A DNA stretch of 64,000 bases from Nitrospirota bacterium (GCA_963845065.1 CAWJQQ010000003.1:44691-108690); one strand, 5' to 3'; positions 38,634-49,922 are shown, counted from the stretch's first letter. The notes: a model not told the origin generated them from the letters alone. Translations and numbers: made by a program.

Positions 38634-39518
38634 TTATGAAGCGGGCTTTCTCGGCAGACCGATACTACGAATAACGAGCCGGTCTAGCATCCAGTCAGGC
38701 AGGACTTTCTTAAGAAACGCGCGAAGATGCGCTTCGCGTCCCACCAGATATCGGGTTTTGGGTTTCTTTGCAGTCAGAGCATGCTCGACAGCACGAACGA
38801 CAATGTCGGGCTTGATACCTGCTTGGGAGTTCTTCTCCACAGCGGACCGGAAAACTGTTATTGCGGGACCGTAAAGTTGGATTGCCTGCTGCGGAAAGTT
38901 TTGCGTCGTTTTTCTAGCGGCATTACCGGATTTTTCCCAGATCGGTGTCTTCACTGCACCGGGCTCGATGATCGAGACCTTGATCCCCCAATGCATAAGT
39001 TCAATGCGGAGGGAGTCTGTAATCGCTTCAAGAGCGAATTTTGAAGCACTGTAAGGTCCGATGAAAGGCACGGCCATTCTGCCGGCGATCGATCCCATAT
39101 TCACAATACGACCTTTGAATTTGCGGAGAAGGGGCAAGAATGCCTGAATGACCGCGATCTGGCCAAGGACGTTTACCTCAAACTGCTTCCGTATTTCCGA
39201 TACGGGAAGGAACTCCAGGGGACCGCCAACCGCGATGCCTGCATTATTCACCAGTCCGGAAAGCCCCGCATCTCCGACTGCTTTAGCCACATGGCTCACT
39301 GCTGCAACAAGAGCAGTTTCATCGGTCACATCCATAAGCACGGGGGTTATCCTTTCTGCGGACTCGTGCTTCAACGATTCTCCATCTTGCATCTTTCTCA
39401 CCCCTGCAAAAACACGGAACCCAAGCCTATCCAAATGGAGAGCACAGGCCCTACCGATACCTGTAGAAGTCCCCGTTACCACTACCGCTCCTCTTACAAA
39501 TCCCCGTTTGTCAGTCAT
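38634..39518 (-). CDS. Short-chain dehydrogenase/reductase (classical SDR)
   Basis: VVTGTSTGIGRA, NNAG, YSASKFALEA. Confidence 0.85.
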   Translation of the reverse strand: MTDKRGFVRGAVVVTGTSTGIGRACALHLDRLGFRVFAGVRKMQDGESLKHESAERITPVLMDVTDETALVAAVSHVAKAVGDAGLSGLVNNAGIAVGGPLEFLPVSEIRKQFEVNVLGQIAVIQAFLPLLRKFKGRIVNMGSIAGRMAVPFIGPYSASKFALEAITDSLRIELMHWGIKVSIIEPGAVKTPIWEKSGNAARKTTQNFPQQAIQLYGPAITVFRSAVEKNSQAGIKPDIVVRAVEHALTAKKPKTRYLVGREAHLRAFLKKVLPDWMLDRLVIRSIGLPRKPAS

Positions 39519-39859
39519 GATTATTTCCTCCTATTTTAACGCCCGAAGCTTTCGCCAAGTCAAACATCTGCGGCTAGGAAAAGGAGAACATTCGGTGTAA
39601 CTGAGCGTGCTTTATGGCCATTGGACAAACTTGTTGGAATGAATATACCTGAGCCATCGCCGTAGTGCACGATTTAACCATGGAAGTCAATTTCTAATTC
39701 GCGCTGGAATACGAAACCGATGTGCTCCCTTTCGCATCATTGAGGCTCAGCAACCTTATATATGAATTCGACAAGACGTATCTGCTTTAGTCCGTCGTCG
39801 AACACTTTCAAGCTAGAGCAGGGCATTGCGGCTTGCCAATGCAAAGAATCAAATATTAC

Positions 39860-40004
39860 TTTGTATGGTTCCACGGTTCAGTCCTTTGACGCCCAATCGC
39901 AGTAGTTAAGCCGTAGTAACCCCGTAGGGGCGTATTGCTCCTGAACTCTTCGTTTACCCGACGTGCAGGCTCTGCCCACTGGTTGTGAAGGGTTAGGCAC
40001 GCAC
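39860..40004 (-). other. Possible 5' end (domain I start) of a group II intron
   Basis: The minus strand begins GTGCGTGCC... at 40004 (GUGYG-type 5' end), followed by GC-rich, helix-prone non-coding sequence. No further support. Confidence 0.25.
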
Positions 40005-40750
40005 CACTCCGTACGCGGTTCTCCCAGCGATTTGTGTAGCTGCTTAATTCTATCAATTATTGAGTAGCTCTCCCGATAACATTCAGATTAGTAATGTTAT
40101 CGCTTTTATCACTGAATATGTCACACCATCACCGTTTCTTACACGAATATATGCCTGATTCAATTAGAAGTCAACGATGACGAGCGGGGGTGTCAATTGG
40201 TAGTCGATGTTAACAAATTCACCTAACTTTACGAGTATGGAAAAATGGAAACACTAACATTTGTGAGAAGGATACTTAAAACTCAACTTATTCAAATTGC
40301 TCATATGGTTTGTTTGACAAGCTGTTTATTCCTCTGTTAATAGTCTTCTCCTAATGCGGTTCTCATAGAGGTAATGCAGATTGTATTACAGTCAAGCAGA
40401 CAACATATTCAAAATGTACATCGCACTACAAATTAGAATCGATATTCTTCATCACAATGAAATTAACCTGAATCCTGCGCCATTTAACTAAATATAATGC
40501 TACGATCTTTATAATAACCCTATATTTATGCGGCTCGATAGTACAATGCACTTGAGGTAGGATGAGAAAAATGGACACCAAAGTCGTGTTAAACTACAAT
40601 GACGGAGGTATCAGGATGAAGGGAATTCCGCAGGGAAGTTACACGAAGGAGTTTTTGAGACAGGCCGGGTCAAACATATCTTGTTTTGGCTCAGCGTGAA
40701 CTGGACTTTTAGCCGATTTGAGTTACACTACTCGAACGGAGGAAAAGTCC

Positions 40751-41062
40751 ATGAAGAAAAAGAAACGCCACAACTACACGCCCGAAGAAAAGGTCCTGAT
40801 TCTCAAACGTCATTTGACCGAAGGAGTCGCCGTTTCCGCCTTGTGCGACGAGTACCATCTCCAGCCCAAGGTTTTCTACGATTGGCAGAAGCAGTTGTTT
40901 GAGAACGCCGCGACAGCATTCATCCGAGGCACACAGGGCTCCAGCCGAAAAGATCAAAAGCGCATCCAGCAGCTTGAAGAGAAGCTTCAAAAAAAGAATG
41001 AAGTAGTGTCCGAGCTGATGGAGGAGCATGTAAAGTTAAAAAAAGAACTTGGGGAGCTTTAA
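40751..41062 (+). CDS. IS3-family OrfA (HTH plus leucine zipper)
   Basis: MKKKKRHNYTPEEKVLILKRHL...ALCDEYHLQPKVFYDWQKQL. A GGAGG lies 8 nt upstream. Confidence 0.85.
   Translation: MKKKKRHNYTPEEKVLILKRHLTEGVAVSALCDEYHLQPKVFYDWQKQLFENAATAFIRGTQGSSRKDQKRIQQLEEKLQKKNEVVSELMEEHVKLKKELGEL
41039..41046 (+). promoter_or_regulatory. Programmed -1 ribosomal frameshift site (A7G)
   Basis: aaaaaaag lies in the orfA frame as tt-A AAA AAA G. The -1 frame continues KKRTWGALTGVWVPHDTRDAIVDF... into OrfB without stops. Confidence 0.75.
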
Positions 41063-42126
41063 CCGGCGTCTGGGTTCCCCATGACACAAGAGACGCCATC
41101 GTTGACTTTGTCCAGAAATGGAGCGATAAGACTAAAATCCCGATTACGCATTACATCGGCTGGCTAGCTGTCCGCAAGAGCAAATTCTACACCTGGATCA
41201 AACGATACGGCAAGGTCAACGAACATAATGCCCCCATCCCTCGTGATTTCTGGCTTGAGGAATGGGAACGGGAAGCCATCATTCAGTTCTGTGTGGATAA
41301 CCCTCTGGAGGGCTACCGGCGTCTCACGTTCATGATGCTCGACCGGAACGTCGTTGCTGTCAGCCCAGCCAGCGTATGGCGTATTCTTTCAAAAGCGGGG
41401 CTTTTAGAGAGGTGGAACAAAAAGATCAGCAAGAAGGGCACCGGCTTTGTCCAGCCGCTTCTGCCTCACGAACACTGGCACGTAGACGTTTCGTACATCA
41501 ACATTTGCGGCACATTTTACTACCTGTGCAGCTTTCTCGACGGATGCAGTCGTTTTATCGTCCACTGGGAGATCCGGGAGAAGATGGAGGAGACGGATAT
41601 CGAGATCATTCTTCAAAAGGCAAAGGAGAAGTTTCCAGAAGCGCGCCCCCGCATCATATCGGACAACGGACCACAGTTCCTTGCTAAGGACTTTAAAGAG
41701 TTCATTCGACTGTCCGGCATGACGCATGTCCGGACATCACCCTTTTATCCGCAGTCAAACGGAAAACTGGAACGGTTCCATAAAACGCTCAAAGGAGAAT
41801 GCATCCGCCCGAAGACGCCGCTTTCACTTGACGAAGCCAGGAGACTTGTGGCAGAGTACATCGAGCACTACAATACCGTCCGGCTCCACAGTGCCATCGG
41901 CTACATCGCCCCAGTAGACAAACTGAACGGCAGGGACAAGGATATTTTCAAAGAACGGGATCAGAAGCTTGAAGCCGCCCGGGAACAACGCAGAATCAAG
42001 AGGCAGCAAGCACATCAGAAAACAGTCAGTTCCAGAGAAGATGGCAAATCACTGATTCAAGCGGTCCAACCCGAATGCAGTCAAACACACCATGACTACT
42101 GCCGGGACATCAACATCATGGTTTGA
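41045..42126 (+). CDS. IS3-family OrfB part of the OrfAB transposase (rve integrase core)
   Basis: EGYRRLTFMMLDR, HEHWHVDVSYI, IISDNGPQFLAKDF, YPQSNGKLERFHKTLKGE (DD35E). Confidence 0.85.
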
Positions 42127-42370
42127 GGGAGGTATCTGAGTATGAACAGCCTCAAGAAAATCGATCCTGGGGCATTTATGAAAAGAAAAATCCAACCCTC
42201 AAGGATAAAAGCCCCCTCAAACCAAAAAACAGGATCAGAAGTTTGAAGCTGCCCTGGGAAACGTCCACTCAACAGGCAGGAGACAAACCAGAAAGCAACC
42301 AATTATGAAGAAGAAGGTAATTTACAAAACTCAAGCGGCCTAGCAGTCCATTTCCGACTGAGGCAAAACA

Positions 42371-43107
42371 ATCTTTCTTCTTTATCAATGTCCAGGCAAC
42401 GATCAGGAGTTTCGAGGCAAGCTTCACTTGCTTTTTGATGCCAATTCATTTCTACTAACTTCGATCTTTAAGCTTATTGGTGTAATAGGTAATGAAATTT
42501 GTGTCTCTGTTGGAGGCAATAAACGCCGTCTGATATTGGGCATTTCGAAGGTCAACCTTGCCCATCTTGGAGATAACCGGCACTGCATTTTATGCTATTT
42601 TACCACTTCGATCAGCGCACAAATCATAGCCAACCATCTTCAGAACCTGCTTGCCGCAGGAAAACCGGAACGGATTGCCGATCGCACTCAAAACGGTGGG
42701 CGATACCTCCGGACCAAAGCCAGGAATGCTCAATAGGTAGGGATATTCGGGAAACGGTAAGCAGAGGTCTTCAAAGTTCAAAGTCTTGATCGTTTCCCAC
42801 ATGATGGATACTCAAGACCATCGTCTCCGCTTCGAATAGAACTGTTTCTCCCGCATGGTAACCGATAGACTGGTGGGCTAATTGCCAGATCTGCTGGAGC
42901 AGACGCTATTGTCTAAAGTTCACCCTCCCCGCCAAAGACCAACTTTGAAAGACCATATTGCGCCATGAGAGCTGCTACCTGCGCAATCAGCTTGCGAAAA
43001 CTTTCCAACGTATTGTCAAAGAACATTCCTCTGTACAATGAAGTGCCGATAGCCGCGCCGAAGAATGCGTTGTGCTTCTCCTTGGCGATATCCAGACCGA
43101 CAATCAA
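42371..43107 (-). pseudogene. Third type of IS110-family transposase gene, decayed and split by the IS3 element (the last 13 codons lie at 40639..40677)
   Basis: MIVGLDIAKEKHNAFF..., LLSIPGFGPEVSPTVLSAIGNPFRFSCGKQVLKMVGYDL..DRSGK, with internal stops and frameshifts. Removing the IS3 and one ATCT restores ...AWTLIKKKDMFDPACLKNSFV*. Confidence 0.65.
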
Positions 43108-43751
43108 ATACTCGGTAGAACCGCGAATCTCTTTCTTCAGTTGATGAAATTGCTCAAGTCTGATATTATTAAAGCAGTTCCTAGAAGCCTCCTATCTCTT
43201 GAATTTAGTTCCTCTATAAACGAATTCATAACAGGAGGTTTCTATTTTGGGTAGATTGAAAGTGCACTATCCCTTATGATTAAATGGGAAAGATTAACCT
43301 CATGCTCTACCATATATAACCATATAACCGGAGGAAAACCCCTGTCTTGTTTCTCTGTTTCTCTAACCTGACTGTCCAAACAAAGGGGTGCAATTCACAG
43401 CAGCCTGATCCCGATGATCGATGAACTAGTGGCATGGTTCGAGCAGGAATTCAGTGTCCGGCACATCCTGGAGGATGTCGGAGCAATTGATCCCGGTATT
43501 GATACCCGCAACCGCACGACGCGGTGTTCCAAGATTGTGATGGCGACTTTTGAAAAGGCGATGGAAATACTGACGGCTTATGATGTCGATTTTCAGCAGG
43601 CTAAAGTAACCACTAAGGACTTTGTTGGGCACAGTTAAAACCAGATACGAGATTCATGATTTTGGTTTAAAATACAAACAATGCTCATCAGTGTGTTATA
43701 CGAAGCTGAACTGAGGTTTGATATTGTTAGCTGTGTGAAAGGCGATTATCG

Positions 43752-44819
43752 ATGAAAAGACTGTATCGTGAAATGGCGGATCGCCTGCGCAAGGGAGAGA
43801 GCTTCGTGACTGCAACAATTTTTGATAAGACCGGATCGACCCCGCGGTCCAACGGTTCAAAAATGGTCGTTCGCAGCGACGGATCAACCGCCGGATCGGT
43901 CGGCGGTGGACGCCTTGAAGCCGAAGCTCTGCAGCTTGCGGCGGGCATCTTTCAGAGCAAACAATCTCTGATCCAGTCCTTTGACCTTTCCGGTGAGGAT
44001 GCCGCGGGAATGGCGATGATCTGCGGCGGGCAGGGTGAGATCCTGCTAGACTATATCGACGGAAAAGATGAAACAAACTGGGTTCTGTACGATGAAGTTG
44101 CGGCGATTCTCCAGCGAGGGAACAAGGTCTGGTTGATTACCGTGCTTGGCGATCCGAAACAAAAGAACCTACCCGCACGGCAGCAGTGTCTGGTCAGGCA
44201 TGACGGAACAATGATCGGTAAGATCGATGGCGATCCAGGATTTCTTGCGAAGCTTCTGTTAGGACCGGGGAGAATATCCATCCACGCGGAGGTGCGCGAG
44301 AACCGGCGCTTCCTTGTCGAACCTATTCGTCATGGGGGAACGGTCTATATCTTTGGTGCCGGCCATGTATCCCAGAAGATAGCGCCTTTGGCTGAGATTG
44401 TCGGATTCAAAACCGTGGTACTGGATGACCGCAGAGAATACGCGAATCGGGCGAGGTTCGCCGAACCTACGGAAGTCATACTGCTTGAATCGTTTGACCG
44501 ATTGCCCGACTTGGGTATCGACGAGAACAGCTATCTCGTGATAGTGACGAGGGGCCATCTGCATGACAAGGTGGTGCTGGCGCAGGCCCTGAGATCGAAG
44601 GCAGGGTATATCGGCATGATCGGGAGCCACCGGAAGCGGGACAAGATTTATGAGGTCCTGCTAAAGGAGGGGTTTATCAAGCGCGATTTCGATCTCGTCT
44701 ATTCGCCTATCGGCACCGATATCGGGGCGGAAACGCCCGAGGAACTTGGCGTGAGCATCGTCGGCGAGCTTATCAAGGTGCGTGCGGAGCGGGAACAATG
44801 GGGAAGGGGGGGGAAATAG
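43752..44819 (+). CDS. XdhC/CoxI-family molybdoenzyme maturation (accessory) protein
   Basis: 355 aa. TATIFDKTGSTPRSNGSKMVV..DGS..GSVGGG, Rossmann-like IFGAGHVSQKIAPLAEIVGF. Confidence 0.85.
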   Translation: MKRLYREMADRLRKGESFVTATIFDKTGSTPRSNGSKMVVRSDGSTAGSVGGGRLEAEALQLAAGIFQSKQSLIQSFDLSGEDAAGMAMICGGQGEILLDYIDGKDETNWVLYDEVAAILQRGNKVWLITVLGDPKQKNLPARQQCLVRHDGTMIGKIDGDPGFLAKLLLGPGRISIHAEVRENRRFLVEPIRHGGTVYIFGAGHVSQKIAPLAEIVGFKTVVLDDRREYANRARFAEPTEVILLESFDRLPDLGIDENSYLVIVTRGHLHDKVVLAQALRSKAGYIGMIGSHRKRDKIYEVLLKEGFIKRDFDLVYSPIGTDIGAETPEELGVSIVGELIKVRAEREQWGRGGK

Positions 44820-44822
44820 CGG

Positions 44823-45264
44823 CTCGCGTATTGGCCGCAAGTTACTCGTCCCGGGGCGCCCAGTTTCAAGCCGCTGTTCTCATTGGGCGATGATACGTTG
44901 ATCGAAACAGTTATCAATATCTTTTACGCGGTAGACATCGACGATGTTGTAGTCGTGCTCAGACAACATGCGGTGGAATTGGCCCCGATGCTGGGCCATC
45001 TTCGTGTGCGCCTTGTTCAGAACGATCGCTATCAGGAAGAGATATTATCATTCGTTATTGGGGGCGAAAAGTCCTTTAGTCGGGGACCGGACGTCTTTTT
45101 CCTCCTCCCCGCGGATATGTCGCTCGTACGGTGCCGCACGATATAGACGCTTACGCAAGGCCTATTTGCGAGCTTCGGGGGACGTGATCTATCCCGTGTT
45201 TCAGCAAAGCAGAGGCCATCTCACGATCATCTCAGCCCGCTACAGCTCGGCCATTCTAATCTAG
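44823..45264 (+). pseudogene. MobA/MocA-like nucleotidyltransferase (molybdenum cofactor cytidylyl/guanylyl-transferase family), multiply frameshifted
   Basis: Pieces in three frames: LAASYSSRG.., DTLIETV...VVVVL...VQNDRYQEE, LLPADMSLV, IYPVFQQSRGHLTII. Located downstream of xdhC, as is usual. Confidence 0.55.
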
Positions 45265-45424
45265 GAAGGTTGAGAACTGTTGAATAATTAATCACTGCTG
45301 TCCAAAATAGCCTTAGATCAAACAGCCTTCCCGCTATAGATGCGGGTTTTAGACGAGTAAATATGCACTTTCAAAATCAGGTTCCCTTTAAGACTCTCCC
45401 ATATAACCCGATATGCTGTCCAAA

Positions 45425-46590
45425 TCAAGCGAAGTCAACTTGAAGCTTCTCGTGCACGTCTGATTTCGGTAATATATCAAACGGTTTTTCCAACCAGACC
45501 CACAAATCGCGATGGGTAAAGAGATTCATGCGTAACAACGCAACCAAATTGGAGAGAGACCAGTCAAATTTGGATCGTAATTGTAGAAAGCGCAGAACAA
45601 GGATTGCAATGAGTGCTGTCCAAATCTGAATTTTTACCGCATTGGCGCTGGTCCCTACAAAGGTCTTAATCTTCAGGTTTTGTTTGAGCGCCTTGAAAAA
45701 CAGTTCAATCTTCCAGCGATCCTTATAGATGGCGTAGATTGTTGAAGAGCCCAACGTCAAGTGATTCGTCAGAAACACAAAAATCTGATTTTTCTCCAGA
45801 TCATGCATTTCAATGCGACGAAGCAGAGAGGGACACTTTTCAACAGCCTTGAGCCCCGTCAAACGGATTATTTCGTCTTTGAGGATACGCCTGCTCTCTG
45901 GAACTTTCCGACTCTCTACAGCCTTATAGACTGCATTATCCTTCATGCGCGTCACAAAGAAAACACCCAAACCGGTTCATTTCTCAAATAGTTCATAATT
46001 ACTGTAGCCTCGATCGTCCACTACAATCGTGCCGGAATCAAACTCCAGCAGATGAGCCACCCTTACGTCGGAAACTTTCCCATCGGTATGACCGCATAGG
46101 AAGGAAGATAACCGTCATGGTCCAATACGAGATGGAGCTTTACTGCGCCCTTCTTGCGCTGGAACTTCGCCCAGTCATACATCGACAAACACAAATCGAT
46201 CGTCGAGGAATCAAGGCTCATCAGCTTATTTTTGAACCGAAACTTCTTTTTCCCGAGTTTCTGGTCACGACACCTCTGCAACAAAGAAAAGAAGACTTGC
46301 TGATACAGCACCCAGGGCCGATGCTCCATTGGCATAGGCAAGCGTGGAATGGCTCGGCGCCGTTATCCCCAAAAATGTTTCAACTTGCCTTCACAACTCC
46401 GCAGTCCACCGGTAATCTCTCGTAACGAGTGCGCTCTCCTTAACTGGCAAAGCAACATGAATACGAATTGTCCCCAACATGTAAATCCCTTTGCTCTCCG
46501 CTCTGCCTTCGTTTCCTTCACAGCTTTTTCAAAGTCTATGCGTCTAAAAAGAAATAGAATTTAACTAAAGATACTGGTAAAATTACTCAT
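45425..46590 (-). pseudogene. IS4-family DDE transposase, heavily decayed
   Basis: MSNFTSIFS*ILFLF (in-frame TAA)...AERRAKGFTCWGQFVFMLLCQL..SLREI; ...VVDDRGY.. ; YKDRWKIELFFKALKQNLKIKTF..NAVKIQIW. At least four frame breaks. Confidence 0.7.
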
Positions 46591-46650
46591 GTTTTCCTCC
46601 GGTCTGGGTTTTATTTTTGCTCGCAACGACTATATTATAAAACCTGTCCT

Positions 46651-46769
46651 TGAATACCCAGCAGTTCTACTGCTGGGATGAAAAGGACAATCCTGACGAA
46701 GTCAGGATAAGAATCTGATTGGTTTTAGGTTCTATCGGTTTTGATACCCCGCAGCTCTGCTGCGGGATA
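46651..46769. repeat. Cluster of three short perfect hairpins; two are copies of one ~26-nt palindromic unit
   Basis: CCCAGCAG-ttcta-CTGCTGGG (46657..46677), ATCCTGAC-gaa-GTCAGGAT (46690..46708), CCCGCAGC-tct-GCTGCGGG (46748..46766). The first and third share (t)gata...gat flanks. Confidence 0.6.
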
Positions 46770-46838
46770 ATTCACTCAGACCGGATTTTTTTTCAAAACC
46801 TATTTTGGACAAGAGTGATGGTTTTAGGAACGGTGAGC

Positions 46839-47657
46839 ATGAACAAGAAGAAATTTACATGGTGGTATCTTCGTGCGTGCGGGTGCTTAGTCGCATCATG
46901 CATTGTTATCATATTCTGCTATCCGGGTGTGCTGCGAGCACAAGATTCATCTGCTTTCGTGAAGTCTCTTGCCTCGACCAGTCTGACAATAACCGACTTA
47001 TCTTCAAAATGTCTTGAGTGTCATAAATACTCGGAAAATCATCATCCTTTCGGTATTGTCCCTGCTCATCCTGCCAACTACCCTTTCCCGCTCTATAGCG
47101 GGAAAATCACGTGTTTGACCTGCCACGTCGAAGACCATTTAGGGAGCGTAAATCTCTTACGAGAAGGTCCGTATATCGACCGGCGGGAGTTCTGCTTTAA
47201 GTGTCATGCTAAGGGAAGAGATGCGAAGATCGATCCTCACATCATGCTGGATGGCCGTGGCAGCGTCCGCAGCGTGGATGGACAACCGGTTTGTCTCTTC
47301 TGCCATTCGGTAAAGCCGAATCAGGCAGCAGACCGGACTGAAAATGTTCTGTTCAGAGCGGATGTCGCCTTTCTTTGCTGGCGCTGTCATCCTCCAATGA
47401 CAAATTCAATTTATTTCGAAGATCATTTCCTGATAACGCCATCAATGGAGATGAAAAGGTTCATGGAAAAACAGGAACAGCGGTTACAAGTGACCGTCCC
47501 CCTTGTGCCCAGAGACCGTATTACGTGCTCAACGTGCCACAATCCTCATCAAAAGGGCGTAATTCTCTATGGTCCTTCCTCCAGCGGGGTCGACGCGCCG
47601 CACAGGCTACGACTGCCGGTGGATAAAATCTGTATTATCTGCCACAATATTATGTAA
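46839..47657 (+). CDS. Secreted heptahaem c-type cytochrome
   Basis: Seven CxxCH motifs (CLECH, CLTCH, CFKCH, CLFCH, CWRCH, CSTCH, CIICH). The N-terminus MNKKKFTWWYLRACGCLVASCIVII is signal-like. The start could also be 46818. Confidence 0.8.
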   Translation: MNKKKFTWWYLRACGCLVASCIVIIFCYPGVLRAQDSSAFVKSLASTSLTITDLSSKCLECHKYSENHHPFGIVPAHPANYPFPLYSGKITCLTCHVEDHLGSVNLLREGPYIDRREFCFKCHAKGRDAKIDPHIMLDGRGSVRSVDGQPVCLFCHSVKPNQAADRTENVLFRADVAFLCWRCHPPMTNSIYFEDHFLITPSMEMKRFMEKQEQRLQVTVPLVPRDRITCSTCHNPHQKGVILYGPSSSGVDAPHRLRLPVDKICIICHNIM

Positions 47658-47959
47658 GATGTCCATTTTGTATTTGGAGCGCACGCCGACGGCAGCGTCA
47701 CGATAAACGATAGTTGCAATATATTTATATATATCGTAAGACTGCATGAAGCTTTTAACCATAGGGGGTTTTGGATTACGTGCTGGTGACCACTTACCGC
47801 TTTCAATATGGGCATATCCTGCCCCAAGATCTTGACCGGCGCACCCTACATTACCAAATCATCCGCAGAAAGCCTCTGGTTTTTAACCATGCGGATGAAC
47901 GCGGGAACTTAACTTCCCGACAATTGATAGACAAATGTTCATCTAAATGGTATATTTAA

Positions 47960-49910
47960 CCCATCTTCTACACCTGCCAAAAAATAACTTCGCTAAAACA
48001 ACATGATAAGGGCATCGAAAAGTAGCGTGGCACCACACCCTGCCATATTATTCCAACTCGATTATGATGACGAGATTTCAGCACCATTTACCTTTTGTGG
48101 TATCACGACCTTTGGCGGAATCGCCACTCCTGCAGCCTGAAACACCTTTCCCGTATCGCCTTTTAATTCGGTCCTTAAAATAACTTCCTTGCCGTCGCTT
48201 GTAATCGTGATCTGCTTCAGTTCCTCTAGGTCCCGGAGCATTTCGCCCCACTCAAGCTTCTGCTCATTGCGGCTATCCAATCGCTCCTGTAATTCCTTCA
48301 TAAGGACAAGCGCAAGAAAACTACAGAAGACATGGCCCCGAATCGTCTCGTCGCATTTATGATAAATCGGGCGCGTCGTCAGCACCGTTTTGGTGCTCCT
48401 GAAGATCTGCTCCACCATCCACAACTCTTTGTACGCGAGCGCAACCTCGCGCGCAGGCATGGGCATTGATGTCGTGAGGACCCACTTACCGTCATACCGT
48501 GCTTCCTGTTGAACTTTTTCTTCATCGATGACAAAGGCACTGCTGAAGCTCTTCACATATTTACGATACCCTTTGTTGCCAACCAGGCTCTTGCCTCCCT
48601 GCTTCAGTTTCTCCCGAAGAGATGCGATGATGGCTTCTCTATCGGCGGCATCTTTCTTCCGCTGGTCTTCGTTAACGCACACGATATAGCGGCGTTCGCC
48701 TACCATGACGTTCTTCACTTTGAGCGGGGATGGGGCTTTACTCTCCTTGCTTTTAGGATAGACCTCTTCGTATTTCCCTCCGCGGCTCAAAACCTCTTCA
48801 CTCACTTCCTTCTGCCGCCGCATCCTCGCTCCCAGAATGTAATCGATCTTTCGCTCATGCAAGTCGGACAGGGTCTTTTCGCTGATCATTCCCCGGTCTG
48901 CCACTATGCACGCCTGATTGATGCCGAAGCGGAGCCTCAGCCGGTCTATGATCGGCACGAGCGTCTTGACATCGGTTGTGTTTCCGGGCCACAACTCGCA
49001 ACAAAGAGGTTTCCCGTGATGATCGATGATTGCGCCGACCACCATCTGCTTGAGATCGGGCCGGTGGTCCTTGGAATGACCGTATGCGCCTATATCCTCG
49101 CCGCCCTCTCCTTCAAAGTAAATGCTCGTGGTGTCGAAAAAGACCAGCCGTAGATCGGCGAATAAATCTCGCCTGCGTCGGAATAGCTCTTCTTCGATCA
49201 CATCCTTGGTGCAACGGGGAGAAAATCCGGTGGCCCCTTCCTGATCAGCATTGGAAAGGGGTTCGCCGAGCCATGCCATGGCCCGGTATAAATGGTGCAA
49301 ATCGATTCCAGCGGTTCCTTCTATCCGGTAGCCAAGGCACCATTGTTCAGCGGCACGATCTGAACCCGATACGCTCAAACGGTGCAGCACCGTAAGATAA
49401 ATCGCCCGCTCGATGGAAAATTGATGTTTGCGCTCCCTGGCTGATGCCTCAAGCACTTTCTGTATTCCCAGCTCTTTCCATAACCGGCCGAATATCATCG
49501 GCAGGCCGATGCGCCTGGAATCCGTTTCAATCGCTTCTCCCTGTTTATGTGCGTCGATGACCGCGATCTGGTCGGAAAACTTGAGCCCAGACCGCAGCAA
49601 GCTATCAAATGCTCCTGTTTCCTTGAGCGCATCGAGCCGTCCAAGCGTGGCGATGACTTCCTGCTTCACCTTGCCTTGGTCGCGGCGGTTATGAACGATC
49701 TGAAGGTATTCTCGTGATTCGGAGCGTTTTACCCTGAAGAACATAGCACCACAAATATATCATAATAATTATTAATTGCAAGTTATTTTTATATTAACGT
49801 GGCACTACATTTTGACCTGTTTTCCAAAAACGTTTTTTGTAACCCTGTGAAATTAAACAACTCCACTCGCGCAAACAGTCCTTTTCTCGGCGGCAACTGT
49901 AGAAGATGGG
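47960..49910 (-). mobile_element. IS1634-family insertion sequence, copy B (1951 bp)
   Basis: Same sequence as copy A. 5-bp direct repeat TTTAA (47955..47959 and 49911..49915). Confidence 0.9.
48062..49744 (-). CDS. IS1634-family DDE transposase (identical to 29121..30803)
   Basis: 560-aa translation identical to copy A. Confidence 0.9.
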   Translation of the reverse strand: MFFRVKRSESREYLQIVHNRRDQGKVKQEVIATLGRLDALKETGAFDSLLRSGLKFSDQIAVIDAHKQGEAIETDSRRIGLPMIFGRLWKELGIQKVLEASARERKHQFSIERAIYLTVLHRLSVSGSDRAAEQWCLGYRIEGTAGIDLHHLYRAMAWLGEPLSNADQEGATGFSPRCTKDVIEEELFRRRRDLFADLRLVFFDTTSIYFEGEGGEDIGAYGHSKDHRPDLKQMVVGAIIDHHGKPLCCELWPGNTTDVKTLVPIIDRLRLRFGINQACIVADRGMISEKTLSDLHERKIDYILGARMRRQKEVSEEVLSRGGKYEEVYPKSKESKAPSPLKVKNVMVGERRYIVCVNEDQRKKDAADREAIIASLREKLKQGGKSLVGNKGYRKYVKSFSSAFVIDEEKVQQEARYDGKWVLTTSMPMPAREVALAYKELWMVEQIFRSTKTVLTTRPIYHKCDETIRGHVFCSFLALVLMKELQERLDSRNEQKLEWGEMLRDLEELKQITITSDGKEVILRTELKGDTGKVFQAAGVAIPPKVVIPQKVNGAEISSS

Positions 49911-49922
49911 TTTAACATAACA

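Larger units (their letters stand above)
40682..42370 (+). mobile_element. IS3-family insertion sequence, apparently intact (1689 bp)
   Basis: The IRs start tgttttgg/cctcag... at both ends (TG...CA). 4-bp direct repeat ATCT (40678..40681 and 42371..42374). orfA/orfB with an A7G slippery site. Confidence 0.9.

Noticed and set aside
39600-39850. Possible remnant of a cupin-type gene on the minus strand (…HIGFVFQRELEIDFHG.IVHYGDGSGIFIP…).
   Set aside because: The motifs are very weak and several stops interrupt it. There is not enough to call a family.
29019-49910. The two IS1634 copies plus the intervening 17 kb as a composite transposon.
   Set aside because: Each copy carries its own 5-bp duplication (CCAAA versus TTTAA). 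The outer flanks do not share a duplication.
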